NCBI GenBank assembly: GCA_042090785.1
Contig: JBELIP010000008.1
Location: 18,763 to 82,762, forward strand
Origin: Cellvibrionales bacterium
GTDB lineage: Bacteria > Pseudomonadota > Gammaproteobacteria > Pseudomonadales > UBA7434
Direction of reading: 5' to 3'
DNA: 64,000 nt
Notes under the pieces: generated by a model
Seen by the model: the letters and a program-made list of their open reading frames with translations, nothing else
The model's database searches: none
Told to the model about the DNA's origin: nothing
Made by a program: the position numbers and the translations under genes
In this document: positions 33,120-43,246 of the stretch, piece after piece
Numbering within the stretch: position 1 is the first letter of the stretch
How the letters are laid out: each line of letters starts with the position of its first letter

Positions 33120-33275
33120 GATACTTCTCTTTCGTAATGAATAAGGCCAAGGATAATAGCACTGTGCTCTGCTAGCAGGACATTATGCCTAAGGATTTGG
33201 ATAAAAATAGTTATAACTCTTTAATCTACAGATTGTGATCGGCTGCACACAAACCATTTGATCACTTATTGGACA

Positions 33276-33404
33276 ATATAGGAGTTTAGTCTTTAATTAA
33301 TTTTATAGGTGACTGTTTCCCCGCAGGAGCCTTGAGGTGAAGACCTCAGTTGTTACACTCCTATATGTATCTTATAACCCTAACTTGTAGTTAGGGTTTT
33401 TTTT
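33276..33404 (+). ncRNA. Candidate small structured RNA ending in an intrinsic terminator (function unknown)
   Basis: A perfect 10-bp closing stem, ATATAGGAGT (33276-33285) / ACTCCTATAT (33357-33366), encloses an inner hairpin TGAGGT-gaag-ACCTCA. A plus-strand terminator follows. No plus-strand gene lies upstream or downstream, and no promoter was identified. Confidence 0.3.
33378..33404 (+). terminator. Plus-strand intrinsic terminator with no associated plus-strand gene
   Basis: CCCTAACT-tgt-AGTTAGGG is followed by T8. On the minus strand no U-tract follows the hairpin. Confidence 0.7.
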
Positions 33405-33444
33405 ATCCCTTTTTTATGCTCTTTTATACCTGGTCGGCGTGCCA

Positions 33445-34215
33445 TTAAGAGCGGAAAAATAATCGATTGAAATTATTGCTTGTTGCTTCTGCCAGCTCAG
33501 CCAGTGATAGGCCTCGAAGCTCGGCAATATATTGCGCTACATCTCTCACATAAGCCGGCTGATTAGATTTACCACGGTGTGGCACTGGCGCTAAATAGGG
33601 CGAGTCGGTTTCTACCATTAAGCGATCCAATGGAATTTTTTTTACCACTTCACGCAATTCACTGGCATTCTTAAATGTCACGATACCCGATATGGAGATA
33701 TAAAAGCCGGCATCAATGGCTTGTTTAGCCATAGGCCAAGTATCAGTAAAACAATGCAACACACCCGCAGCAGAACTCGCATGCTGCGCAATCGACGCCA
33801 AGGTATCATCACGCGCTTCACGCGAATGAATAATCACCGGTTTATTGACTTCGGCAGCTATTTTAAGGTGAGTAATAAAATGCTCTCGTTGAGATGCCGC
33901 ACTTTCTTTGGCATAAAAATAATCTAAGCCCGTTTCACCTACGGCAATAATGCGATCATCTAAAGCCCATTGCTTTAAGGCATCGGCATCTAAACCTTGG
34001 CGCATATCCTCTAACGGGTGAAAACCTGCAGAAGCATAAACATCATCATATTGATCAACAATAGCCATCATGGCTGGTAAGGTTTCAAGTGAAATACCAA
34101 CACACAAAAATTGACTAACGCCTTGGCTGCGAGCTTGCTGTAAGGCTTTGTCGACACTACCGCCACACTGCGATAAATCGAGCCTATCTAAATGACAATG
34201 AGAATCTACAATCAT
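33445..34215 (-). CDS. ycfH: TatD-family metal-dependent hydrolase (YcfH type)
   Basis: 256 aa with MIVDSHCHLD, GETGLDY and the ETDSPYLAPVPHRGK motifs. It sits in the conserved position after holB/pilZ. Confidence 0.9.
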   Translation of the reverse strand: MIVDSHCHLDRLDLSQCGGSVDKALQQARSQGVSQFLCVGISLETLPAMMAIVDQYDDVYASAGFHPLEDMRQGLDADALKQWALDDRIIAVGETGLDYFYAKESAASQREHFITHLKIAAEVNKPVIIHSREARDDTLASIAQHASSAAGVLHCFTDTWPMAKQAIDAGFYISISGIVTFKNASELREVVKKIPLDRLMVETDSPYLAPVPHRGKSNQPAYVRDVAQYIAELRGLSLAELAEATSNNFNRLFFRS

Positions 34216-34264
34216 GAATTTACAATTAACGTTAAGAAGAGAAAAAAGGCGTTTAAATCAATGC

Positions 34265-34633
34265 TTACATGGTATGCGTCGGCCTATCAGAACCTACAAT
34301 ACCCGCAAGATAGTTTTCTATTTTTTTTGTTGCAGTGTCATCTTGCGAACTAAACTGTACGCCAATTCCTGCCGCCCGATTACCCTGAGCATGCTTGGGT
34401 GTAATCCAAATAACCTTACCCGCTACGGGAATTTTTTCAGGCTCATCCATTAAACTCAGCAACATGAATACCTCGTCGCCAATAGTGTATTGTTTATTGG
34501 TCGGAATAAATAAACCGCCGTTTTCAACAAATGGCATAAACGCCGCATATAGCACCGCTTTATCCTTAATGGTTAAAGATAATATTCCACTTTTTGCACC
34601 GGTTTTTAATGCATCGCTCATGACTCTATCCAT
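34265..34633 (-). CDS. pilZ: Type IV pilus assembly protein PilZ
   Basis: The sequence GILSLTIKDKAVLYAAFMPFVENGGLFIPTNKQYTIGDEVFMLLSLMDEPEKIPVAGKVIWITPK...GNRAAGIGVQF resembles P. aeruginosa PilZ as I recall it. An alternative ATG lies at 34621. Confidence 0.85.
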   Translation of the reverse strand: MDRVMSDALKTGAKSGILSLTIKDKAVLYAAFMPFVENGGLFIPTNKQYTIGDEVFMLLSLMDEPEKIPVAGKVIWITPKHAQGNRAAGIGVQFSSQDDTATKKIENYLAGIVGSDRPTHTM

Positions 34634-34734
34634 ATAAATGCGTGGTTCAAAACAAGATACTTAACAAAAGCTGTTTTTTTAACCCGCTGTAAAATTGATT
34701 TAATCTTTATAAAGCTTAGCGTTATCACCTTAGT

Positions 34735-35760
34735 TTAGCTATTAAATTTGTTATAGATAGCAGAGCATTGCAACAACAACGACTCTAATAACAAGCGCGG
34801 GTTGGCGTTTTGAGCCAAAGCCACCTTTGCTGCCGCTACACAATCATAAATTTTATGTATCTCACTCGCAGGCAAGTTCGCTATTGGCAACTGACTGATA
34901 CTGCCGTTATTAGCGGCTGTTTTAGCGCTATCTTGACTACTTTTTACACCAACACTGATTAATCGTAAAAAACTGTCTAAAAAATCTGGCAACTGTGACG
35001 AATCAATACTTTTTGCAACATTCTGAGCACTTTCGCGACCACTAAAAAATGACGCTAACAATTTTTCATCCAGCTGTGTATCAATACCACCATTGAGCAA
35101 TTCATAGACGCGCCCAGGAAAGCCTCTACCCTGCTCAATCGCTTGCTGAATATCTACTGCGGAAAAATCATCGCTTAACCAACGAACAATTTCATCCTGT
35201 GCAGGAATCGCAAAGCTTAAGCGCTGACACCTAGAAATAATGGTGGGTAATATTTTACTCGCATGATGAGCCACCAATAAAAAGTAGGTATTAGCAGGCG
35301 GCTCTTCTAAAACTTTAAGTAAAGCGTTAGCGGCATTTTCGTTCATCTGCTCAGCCGGACTAATCACACAGACTTTATTGCCACCTTGCTGAGCTGTTTG
35401 CTGGAGTCGCGTTTGCACTTGTCTAATAGTGTCGATACGCAATACTTTACGCGGCTCTTCTGGCTGCACATTAAGCCAATCTGGGTGTGTACCAGCAATA
35501 CAAAGCTGACACGATTTACATTGCCCGCAAGCAACACCATTAAACGGCGACGCACATAATAGAAACTGCGCAAACTCACGCGCAAAGTGGGTTTTCTCAA
35601 CATATTGCGGCCCCACTAAAATCAACGCATGCGGCAGTCGCTGCTCTTGATACGCTAAGGCCAAATGTTCCGCCTCTGCTTTATGCCAAGGTCTAAAACC
35701 TCGACTACCATCGCAACAAATAGAAATCAGTTGTTCATTATTGCTTACAGCCATAAACAA
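34735..35760 (-). CDS. holB: DNA polymerase III subunit delta-prime
   Basis: 341 aa with a degenerate P-loop (HALILVGPQYVEKTHFA), the zinc module CGQCKSCQLCIAGTHPD, and an SRC motif (IISRCQR). The start is either the TTG at 35760 or the ATG at 35754. Confidence 0.85.
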   Translation of the reverse strand: MFMAVSNNEQLISICCDGSRGFRPWHKAEAEHLALAYQEQRLPHALILVGPQYVEKTHFAREFAQFLLCASPFNGVACGQCKSCQLCIAGTHPDWLNVQPEEPRKVLRIDTIRQVQTRLQQTAQQGGNKVCVISPAEQMNENAANALLKVLEEPPANTYFLLVAHHASKILPTIISRCQRLSFAIPAQDEIVRWLSDDFSAVDIQQAIEQGRGFPGRVYELLNGGIDTQLDEKLLASFFSGRESAQNVAKSIDSSQLPDFLDSFLRLISVGVKSSQDSAKTAANNGSISQLPIANLPASEIHKIYDCVAAAKVALAQNANPRLLLESLLLQCSAIYNKFNS

Positions 35761-35766
35761 CGAACC

Positions 35767-36399
35767 TTATAGTAACCGTAAATCATCAAGCACTGCCTGA
35801 AGATCGGCTTGCACTTTTGGCAGAGTTTGAGAGGCATCAATTAAACGATAACTATGGGTATTGGACGCGGCCCGCTGATGGTAAGCATCGCGAACTCGCT
35901 GAAAAAAAGCTGCTTGCTCCACTTCAAAGCGATCAAGTTCACCGCGCTGCCTTACTCTTTCAGCACTCAACTCTACTGGCACATCAAGAATAATTGTTAA
36001 ATCTGGTTTTAAGTCGGCCTGCACAAAACGCTCTAACAGCTCAACTTTGTCACCACCTAATTGCCGCCCTTCTCCTTGGTAAGCATAAGTCGCATCTGTG
36101 AACCGGTCGCTCAACACCCACTCACCATTGGCAAGAGCAGGCTTAATCACTTGCTCAATATGCTGGGCACGCGCAGCGAATATGAGTAGTAACTCGCACA
36201 TTGGGTGTAATGGCTCATTGTGATGGCACAACAACACATCACGTATTTTTTCGGCAATTTCAGTACCACCGGGCTCGCGTGTAACGCGATACTTAATTTT
36301 TTGCTTATCAAAGAACTCGCAAATATAGGCTAAGTTGGTCGACTTACCCGCCCCCTCCATTCCTTCAAGGGTAATGAATTTCGCTGATTCTTTTAGCAT
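35767..36399 (-). CDS. tmk: Thymidylate kinase
   Basis: 210 aa with the P-loop FITLEGMEGAGKST, REPGGT and the DRF motif. Confidence 0.93.
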   Translation of the reverse strand: MLKESAKFITLEGMEGAGKSTNLAYICEFFDKQKIKYRVTREPGGTEIAEKIRDVLLCHHNEPLHPMCELLLIFAARAQHIEQVIKPALANGEWVLSDRFTDATYAYQGEGRQLGGDKVELLERFVQADLKPDLTIILDVPVELSAERVRQRGELDRFEVEQAAFFQRVRDAYHQRAASNTHSYRLIDASQTLPKVQADLQAVLDDLRLL

Positions 36400-36429
36400 T
36401 ATTTATTAACTTCCACTCACAATAGATAA

Positions 36430-37515
36430 TTAACCAGCATCATTTTTAAGTGGTGCTGGAGCCGAGCGGTAATTCGCCCGGCGCTGTTTAATTTGATACT
36501 TACGCACCGCGGCCTGATGCTCTTTTAAGGTCGCAGAAAAATAATGGCTACCGTCACCTTTGGCAACAAAATAAAGGGCATCACCATCAAGCGGATGCAG
36601 CGCTGCATGTATTGCCGCACGACCCGGCATAGCAATAGGTGTCGGCGGTAAACCATGACGCGTGTAAGTGTTATACACCGTATCACGCTTTAAATCAGCA
36701 CGACGCAAATTTCCGTTATATTTTGCACCCAAACCATAAATAACACTAGGGTCAGTTTGTAAACGCATCCGCTTTTGCAGACGACGCACAAACACGCCTG
36801 CAATTTGTGGTCGCTCATAAGCAACCCCAGTCTCTTTTTCAATCAATGAGGCCATAATTAATGCTTCGTAAGCCGACTGATAAGGTAGATCTTGATCGCG
36901 AGCAGCCCATTCTTCATCTAACACTTTGATCATAGCAAGATGCGCTCTTAACAGTATGCTGCTGGCGTTGTCACCTCTACTATAAAAATAGGTATCGGGT
37001 AAAAACCACCCCTCAGCTTGAGCAACACCGCCCATAAGGTCTAATGCTCGCGGAGTAAGTAGCTCATTAATATTTTCGTCCGCTGTTGGAGTATCTGCCG
37101 AAGAGACATCGCTATTAAGCGTATCGTTAGTGAGCAGCCGGACTAACATCTGCAAGGTATTATCGCCTTCGAGCAAGGTGACTTTATATTGCAATGAAAC
37201 GCCACTGCCAAGTATTGCAATAATTTGTGACGGCGAAGAAAATGCCGGTAAGCGATACTCACCTACTTTTAATAAAAAATCTGGCTCAAAAAAACGCACC
37301 CATAATGAGGTTATTAAAGGGCGCTCTAAAATTTTTTGTTCAGCTAAATCGTTAACAACAGCATTAAAGCCCTTGCCAGATTCCACGGTATACAAGTGAG
37401 ACTCAGTTAAATGCTTTAGCGGTGAATACCAGTAAGAAACCAATAGCTTACCAGCAATAAACATTGAACATAATAAAACGACAAATAAGATAGGGAATAC
37501 TTTTATGACTTTCAT
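36430..37515 (-). CDS. mltG: Endolytic murein transglycosylase MltG (YceG)
   Basis: 361 aa with an N-terminal membrane anchor and YceG signatures (ASLIEKETGVAYERPQIAGVFVRRL...RLQTDPSVIYG). Confidence 0.9.
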   Translation of the reverse strand: MKVIKVFPILFVVLLCSMFIAGKLLVSYWYSPLKHLTESHLYTVESGKGFNAVVNDLAEQKILERPLITSLWVRFFEPDFLLKVGEYRLPAFSSPSQIIAILGSGVSLQYKVTLLEGDNTLQMLVRLLTNDTLNSDVSSADTPTADENINELLTPRALDLMGGVAQAEGWFLPDTYFYSRGDNASSILLRAHLAMIKVLDEEWAARDQDLPYQSAYEALIMASLIEKETGVAYERPQIAGVFVRRLQKRMRLQTDPSVIYGLGAKYNGNLRRADLKRDTVYNTYTRHGLPPTPIAMPGRAAIHAALHPLDGDALYFVAKGDGSHYFSATLKEHQAAVRKYQIKQRRANYRSAPAPLKNDAG

Positions 37516-37555
37516 AACACCCCCTGACTTATTAAAAAATGATTAATCAAAAAAA

Positions 37556-38422
37556 TCATCGTTCATGCAGACTTGAATTAATCGCCTGCTGAAGCGCCGT
37601 CAACTTGTCACTTTGAGGCCAGCTATGAATACTGCCATTTTTTTTCTGACACTTATGCACTAGCTTCAAGCCTTGAACTGAATTTGTAAGCATTACCCCG
37701 TCGCTATTAAATAATCGCTCTAAGGAAATAGCTTCTTCACGTACGATAAAGTCAGCATGCTCAATAATATGTTGACGCACGACACCGGCCACACCACAAT
37801 CAATAATCGGCGGTGTAATCAACTGCCCTGCTTCTAAAATAAAAATATTAGCGGATGTTGTTTCAATCACAAGACCAGACTGATCTAACATCAAGCCATC
37901 GTCACACCCTTGCAGCTCAACTTCTTTTTTAGCCAGCACCTGCTCTAAGCGATTACAGTGCTTAATTCCTGCAAATGCGGGCTGTAAACCCAACCTTGTA
38001 GTGCAAACCATCAGCTGGGAAGACGAGTGATTACTTGGCTGATAAGGCTTAAGTAAAGTAAGACGATTAATTGATAGATTTTCACCACCATATCCAAAAA
38101 CGGATGAGCCACGACTGACCACCAGCTTAAGTACATGATTAGTAGATTTTTCAGGGAGATGAGTTAAGGCATTATCAATATCGGCTTGAATAAGTTCAGC
38201 TGAACAGTCAATACCTAAACGCTTTAAACCAATAGACAAACGCTGCATATGCAGATTTAACAACTGAACCTTGCTGTTAGAGACTAACAAGGTTTCAAAC
38301 ACACCATCACCAAAAGTATTTGACCGATTCAACAAAAATTCGGCATTTGAGGCAACACTTGCAGACTCGAGTGGTGAAGCAATTAACTCACCATTAAACC
38401 AAGCATAAAGCGTTGCCGTCAT
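37556..38422 (-). CDS. pabC: Aminodeoxychorismate lyase (class IV aminotransferase fold)
   Basis: 288 aa. It sits in the conserved position between fabF and mltG and has class IV fold motifs (FGDGVFETL; GVAGVVRQ). Confidence 0.75.
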   Translation of the reverse strand: MTATLYAWFNGELIASPLESASVASNAEFLLNRSNTFGDGVFETLLVSNSKVQLLNLHMQRLSIGLKRLGIDCSAELIQADIDNALTHLPEKSTNHVLKLVVSRGSSVFGYGGENLSINRLTLLKPYQPSNHSSSQLMVCTTRLGLQPAFAGIKHCNRLEQVLAKKEVELQGCDDGLMLDQSGLVIETTSANIFILEAGQLITPPIIDCGVAGVVRQHIIEHADFIVREEAISLERLFNSDGVMLTNSVQGLKLVHKCQKKNGSIHSWPQSDKLTALQQAINSSLHER

Positions 38423-38425
38423 ACT

Positions 38426-39664
38426 CTATACCCGATTAAATATCACAGTACCGTTAGTGCCACCAAAGCCAAAGGAGTTAGACATGGCGATATCAATCGT
38501 TTTTTCTTGAGCGGTATGAGGCACGTAATTTAAATTGCAGCCTTCCGCCGGATTATCAAGATTAATGGTCGGTGGCGCCACACCGTCTCTGATTGCTAAC
38601 ACAGAGAAAACCGCTTCTACAGCTCCTGCCGCACCTAATAAATGACCCACCATCGATTTAGTTGAACTCACAGCGACATCTTTTGCCGCCGCACCAAATA
38701 CCGATTCAACCGCCAAGGATTCTGCCAGGTCACCTGCATTAGTCGACGTACCATGCGCATTAACATAATCAATATCGGCTGGGTTAATACCTGCATCATT
38801 AACTGCATTAAGCATTGATGCAGCAGCACCACTACCATCGGCTGGTGGTGATGTCATATGATATGCATCACCACTCATTCCAAAACCAGAAAGCTCGGCA
38901 TATATTTTTGCACCGCGCGCTTTAGCCGTTTCGTATTCTTCTAACACCAGTACGCCGGCACCATCACTTAAAACAAAACCATCGCGATCTTTATCCCAAG
39001 GCCTGCTTGCCGCTTCGGGGTCATCGTTGCGGCATGACAATGCGCGCGCAGCAGCAAAACCACCTAAACCAACAGGCGTGGTTGCCATTTCAGCCCCACC
39101 CACAACCATTACGTCTGCATCACCCATTTGAATCATACGACCAGCAACACCAATATTATGCGTACCGGTAGTACAAGCTGTAACAATAGCGATATTTGGT
39201 CCTTGAAAACCATACTTAATAGAAAGGTTGCCGCCAATCATATTTACAATAGAGCCAGGCACAAAGAAAGGAGAGATTTTACGTGGCCCGCGAACTTCTA
39301 AAATTTCACGCGTTTTTTCAATTGAACCAATACCACCAATACCTGAGCCGATAGCCGCACCTATGCGGCCGCGGTTTTCATCAGTGACTTCTAAACCTGA
39401 ATCGGTAATGGCTTCAATACCTGCAGCCATACCATATTGAATAAACGGGTCCATTTTGCGTGCATCTTTGAGAGGAATATATTCTGAGACATCAAAATCC
39501 TTTATGCTACCGCCAAAGCGCGTGGTGTAAGCTGAAACATCAAAACTCGTAATCGGCACAATGCCGCTCTTGCCGTTTTTAACTGCCGCCCAGCTATCCT
39601 CGACATTATTGCCTACAGGGCTCACCATACCAACACCGGTAACAACTACTCTTCTCTTTGACAC
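38426..39664 (-). CDS. fabF: 3-oxoacyl-ACP synthase II
   Basis: 412 aa: [19 protein letters not shown], active-site Cys in [10 protein letters not shown], and His residues in [12 protein letters not shown] and [11 protein letters not shown]. The GTG start has AGGAG 7 nt upstream. Confidence 0.95.
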   Translation of the reverse strand: MSKRRVVVTGVGMVSPVGNNVEDSWAAVKNGKSGIVPITSFDVSAYTTRFGGSIKDFDVSEYIPLKDARKMDPFIQYGMAAGIEAITDSGLEVTDENRGRIGAAIGSGIGGIGSIEKTREILEVRGPRKISPFFVPGSIVNMIGGNLSIKYGFQGPNIAIVTACTTGTHNIGVAGRMIQMGDADVMVVGGAEMATTPVGLGGFAAARALSCRNDDPEAASRPWDKDRDGFVLSDGAGVLVLEEYETAKARGAKIYAELSGFGMSGDAYHMTSPPADGSGAAASMLNAVNDAGINPADIDYVNAHGTSTNAGDLAESLAVESVFGAAAKDVAVSSTKSMVGHLLGAAGAVEAVFSVLAIRDGVAPPTINLDNPAEGCNLNYVPHTAQEKTIDIAMSNSFGFGGTNGTVIFNRV

Positions 39665-39714
39665 AACTTAACTCCTGCCAACTGACACATAACCAAAAAT
39701 GGAATCCCTATAAA

Positions 39715-39748
39715 CAAAAACCGCTTCTGCAAACAGAAGCGGTTTTTA
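39715..39748 (-). terminator. Stem-loop / partial terminator between acpP and fabF
   Basis: CCGCTTCTG-caaa-CAGAAGCGG is flanked by an A-run and a T-run. On the minus strand it is followed by TTTTTGTTT. Confidence 0.6.
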
Positions 39749-39922
39749 TTCAAAAATAAATTTCACTCGTCTGCTAAAGGATAAACATAGTTTTACAAAA
39801 AAACTATGCCTCTCAGAACGAGCCAACAACTTATAGAGTGCTGACTACTGATACCTTACGAAAACAAGCAGTAACGAGAAAGACCGCTTTAAAGCCAACT
39901 AAAAAAAGCAGGCTTTAAAAAA

Positions 39923-40159
39923 TTAGTCTAGGTGCTTCGTAATATAATCGATAGCAAGCTGAACAGTAGTAATTGATTCGGCTTCTTCGTCAGGAATTTC
40001 AGTTTCAAATTCCTCTTCAAGTGCCATAACCAACTCTACAGTATCAAGTGAGTCAGCACCCAAGTCTTCAACAAAAGACGCCGAGTTTTGGATCTCATCT
40101 TCTTTAACGCCTAACTGTTCTGCAACAATCTTTTTTACACGTTCATCAATACTGCTCAT
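39923..40159 (-). CDS. acpP: Acyl carrier protein
   Basis: The start was trimmed to the ATG at 40159 ([18 protein letters not shown]...). The phosphopantetheine attachment site is [20 protein letters not shown]. Confidence 0.97.
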   Translation of the reverse strand: MSSIDERVKKIVAEQLGVKEDEIQNSASFVEDLGADSLDTVELVMALEEEFETEIPDEEAESITTVQLAIDYITKHLD

Positions 40160-40438
40160 GGTTCTATTCAACTCCTAAAAATTTAAACTGGACCAACTTA
40201 TTTAATCTGTTTTGATAACACGATTTAACGAGTGACTGGCCGTGGCTGGAAGCCCAAGTGGCTTCTTCGTCAGACCCCACAATCTGTTAAAGCAAAAGCT
40301 GGCATCTGAATGCGGCGCATTGTACCTTGATTACTTTAAAATGTAAGGGGTTTTTCCATATTTCCCTTGCTTAACCGGCCGTCAAATTACCGCTCTCGAC
40401 CGACTACTTTTTAACCTTTTAATGCAAAAAATGCGCAT

Positions 40439-41182
40439 TTAGGCCATATACATGCCGCCATTGACATGAATTGTTTCGCCAGTGATGTAACTGCCGGCTT
40501 CCCCGGCTAAAAAACCCACCACATTGGCTATTTCTTGCGGCTGGCCTAGGCGAGCTAACGGGATTTGCGTTAACAAGGCATCTTTTTGCTGATCAGGCAA
40601 ACCACTGGTCATATCGGTATCAATAAAACCAGGCGCTACCGTATTGACAGTCACCGAACGAGAGCCAAGTTCACGTGCCATTGAGCGACTAAAGCCCTCA
40701 ACGCCGGCTTTAGTTGCCGCATAATTAGCCTGTCCAGCATTACCCATTGTGCCCACCACCGAGCTGATATTAATAATTCGACCCCAACGCGCTTTAGTCA
40801 TTCCTCGTAAACAGGCTTTAACTACGCGATAAACTGAGTTTAAATTGGTATCAATAACCGAATCCCACTCGTCCTCTTTCATACGCATCATAATATTGTC
40901 ACGGGTAATACCCGCATTGTTAACCACAATCAAGGGCGCGCCATATTGCTCGGTAATGGCTTTAATAACACTAACCACTTGCTCGGCATCAGTAACATTT
41001 AATGCAAAACCAGAACCACTTACACCGGCCTCATTTAAATAAGCACTAATATTCTCTGCACCATTATCGGTCGTCGCAGTCCCTATAACTGTCGCTCCAG
41101 CTGCACCTAGGGTCAATGCAATTGAACGACCAATACCACGGCTTGCGCCTGTAACTAAAGCCACCTTTCCACTTAAAGACAT
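40439..41182 (-). CDS. fabG: 3-oxoacyl-ACP reductase
   Basis: The start was trimmed to the ATG at 41182 (MSLSGKVALVTGASRGIGR). The SDR catalytic motif YAATKAG is present, and AGGA lies 7 nt upstream. Confidence 0.95.
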   Translation of the reverse strand: MSLSGKVALVTGASRGIGRSIALTLGAAGATVIGTATTDNGAENISAYLNEAGVSGSGFALNVTDAEQVVSVIKAITEQYGAPLIVVNNAGITRDNIMMRMKEDEWDSVIDTNLNSVYRVVKACLRGMTKARWGRIINISSVVGTMGNAGQANYAATKAGVEGFSRSMARELGSRSVTVNTVAPGFIDTDMTSGLPDQQKDALLTQIPLARLGQPQEIANVVGFLAGEAGSYITGETIHVNGGMYMA

Positions 41183-41248
41183 CGTTATATCCTGTTTAAA
41201 ATTCAAATAATTAACTTAAAAAATTATGAGTTAAATGGGTGATACACC

Positions 41249-42187
41249 CTAAAGCGCATTCAGCGCCGAGACTATCGCCTCTGGCTCCTCTAAGGCATGA
41301 ACAGCTAACGGTTTATGTATGCGTCGCGATAAACCACTTAACACTTTTCCTGGGCCACATTCAATTGTCGTCTCAACCCCCTGTGCCACCATATATTCAA
41401 TACAATTTGTCCATTGTACGGGGCTATAAATCTGCTCAACCATTAACTGGCGAATACGTTCGGGATTGCTTTCTGGCAAGGCATTAACATTATGAATAAT
41501 TGGAATGTGTGGGGTAGAAAATTCAATACCCGCTAATACCTCTGCCAATTTGTCACCAGCAGGCTGCATTAAAGAGGTATGGAAAGGCGCGCTAACCGGT
41601 AGTGGTAATGCACGCTTGGCGCCCGCTTCTTTACACGCCGCCATGGCTTGCGTCACTGCCTCAGCATGACCGGCAATAACCACCTGCCCAGGCGAGTTAA
41701 AGTTAACCGCCTGAACAACTTCGCGGCCCGATAGTTTGTCACAAATTGCAATAATCGACGCATCATCAAGACCAATAATCGCCGCCATAGCACCCACGCC
41801 CACCGGCACAGCTGATTGCATAAACTGGCCGCGCTGCTTGACTAAATCGACAGCAGACTCAAAGCTAATCACCTCACTGCATACAAGGGCACTAAACTCA
41901 CCTAAGCTATGACCCGCTAACAAACTCGGCTTAACGCCGCCGTTAGCACACCAAACTCGCCATAATGCAACACTGGCTGTTAGTAATAGCGGCTGAGTTT
42001 TTTCGGTTAAATTAAGCGCGTCTTGCGGACCAGTTTGCACCAAGTCCCAAAGGTCATAGCCCAACACTTCTGATGCCTGCGCAAAGGTTTGTGTAACCTC
42101 ACTATAATTTGCCGCTGCATTCGCCAGCATGCCCACTTTTTGTGAACCCTGACCAGGAAAGACAAATGCCAATTGATTCTGACTCAT
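41249..42187 (-). CDS. fabD: Malonyl-CoA:ACP transacylase
   Basis: 312 aa: FVFPGQGSQKVGM, nucleophile motif AGHSLGEFSAL, and VSAPFHT. Confidence 0.95.
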   Translation of the reverse strand: MSQNQLAFVFPGQGSQKVGMLANAAANYSEVTQTFAQASEVLGYDLWDLVQTGPQDALNLTEKTQPLLLTASVALWRVWCANGGVKPSLLAGHSLGEFSALVCSEVISFESAVDLVKQRGQFMQSAVPVGVGAMAAIIGLDDASIIAICDKLSGREVVQAVNFNSPGQVVIAGHAEAVTQAMAACKEAGAKRALPLPVSAPFHTSLMQPAGDKLAEVLAGIEFSTPHIPIIHNVNALPESNPERIRQLMVEQIYSPVQWTNCIEYMVAQGVETTIECGPGKVLSGLSRRIHKPLAVHALEEPEAIVSALNAL

Positions 42188-42244
42188 TCATTAACCCTTA
42201 AATGTATTAACACAAAATAATTTTCTCATCGAAGCAACGTTAAC

Positions 42245-43246
42245 TTAACCTAGCGCGACTTCTAATTTCTTTATTAGTTGACCCTGACTAGCATCAACCG
42301 CTTTTTGTATGGCAACGGTAAAACCGGCTACGCCACTTGCACCATGACTTTTAATCACTGGCTGTTTAAGCCCTAACAGGACGGCACCATTAAATTGCTC
42401 AGGGTCAATGGCACGCATTAATTGAGCAGTGTTGTCCTTTGTCTCTGATACTGAGGCAGGAGCCACTGTTAATAGTTCATGTGCACTCGACCGAATATAA
42501 GCGGCCGTTCCCTCGCAAGATTTCAACGCGATATTGCCGACAAAACCATCACAGAAGATAACATCACAGTTGCCCTCTAACAGTTGATTACCTTCTATTA
42601 AGCCCTCGAAATTCAACGTCGGATCAGCCTCACATAATTGCACAGCAAGATTCACTGCAGAATTGCCTTTACCCGCTTCGGCACCAATACTTAATGCACA
42701 AACCCGTGCTTGCGAATTACCCTGTAGAGCATTAACTAAAGCACCGCCCATACGCGCAAATTGATGCAATTGCTCGCCCGAACAGTCGACATTACCACCA
42801 ACATCTAACATAAAAGTGTTGCTTTTAAAGGTAGGTAATTGAGCACAGATAGCTAAACGTTTTATACCGTCAATCAGGCCACAGGAGTGGCGAGCTAGCC
42901 CGACTAATGCGCCGGTGTTACCTGCACTCACAAAAGCATCAGCAGTGCCCTGTGCAACCGCCTTAAGCGCTAACAGCATAGAAGTATCATCTCGCTGCCT
43001 TAATACTTCAGCCGGCTTAGCTGACATATCAACAACATGGTTAGTGTGGACCACCGACACTCTATCTAATAATTCTGGCGAGTTTTTTAGAAGACCATTA
43101 TCTTGAAGGCAAGACTGGATACGCTCTTTATGACCAAACAGTATTATCTGCTCAATTGAAGCATTAGAAACTAACGCCTTTAGTGAAGCGGGGATTGTGA
43201 CTGCCACACCAAAGTCGCCGCCCATTGCATCAATAGCAATTTTCAT
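42245..43246 (-). CDS. plsX: Phosphate acyltransferase PlsX
   Basis: 333 aa: MKIAIDAMGGDFG...SAGNTGAL...DGFVGNIALK. Confidence 0.93.
   Translation of the reverse strand: MKIAIDAMGGDFGVAVTIPASLKALVSNASIEQIILFGHKERIQSCLQDNGLLKNSPELLDRVSVVHTNHVVDMSAKPAEVLRQRDDTSMLLALKAVAQGTADAFVSAGNTGALVGLARHSCGLIDGIKRLAICAQLPTFKSNTFMLDVGGNVDCSGEQLHQFARMGGALVNALQGNSQARVCALSIGAEAGKGNSAVNLAVQLCEADPTLNFEGLIEGNQLLEGNCDVIFCDGFVGNIALKSCEGTAAYIRSSAHELLTVAPASVSETKDNTAQLMRAIDPEQFNGAVLLGLKQPVIKSHGASGVAGFTVAIQKAVDASQGQLIKKLEVALG

Noticed and set aside
33121-33200. GacA/UvrY upstream activating box for the GGA-rich candidate RNA
   Set aside because: No TGTAAG-N6-CTTACA-like palindrome was found. The nearest string, GTAACGCAAGATACTTC, is not palindromic. 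The Csr/Rsm interpretation therefore remains speculative.
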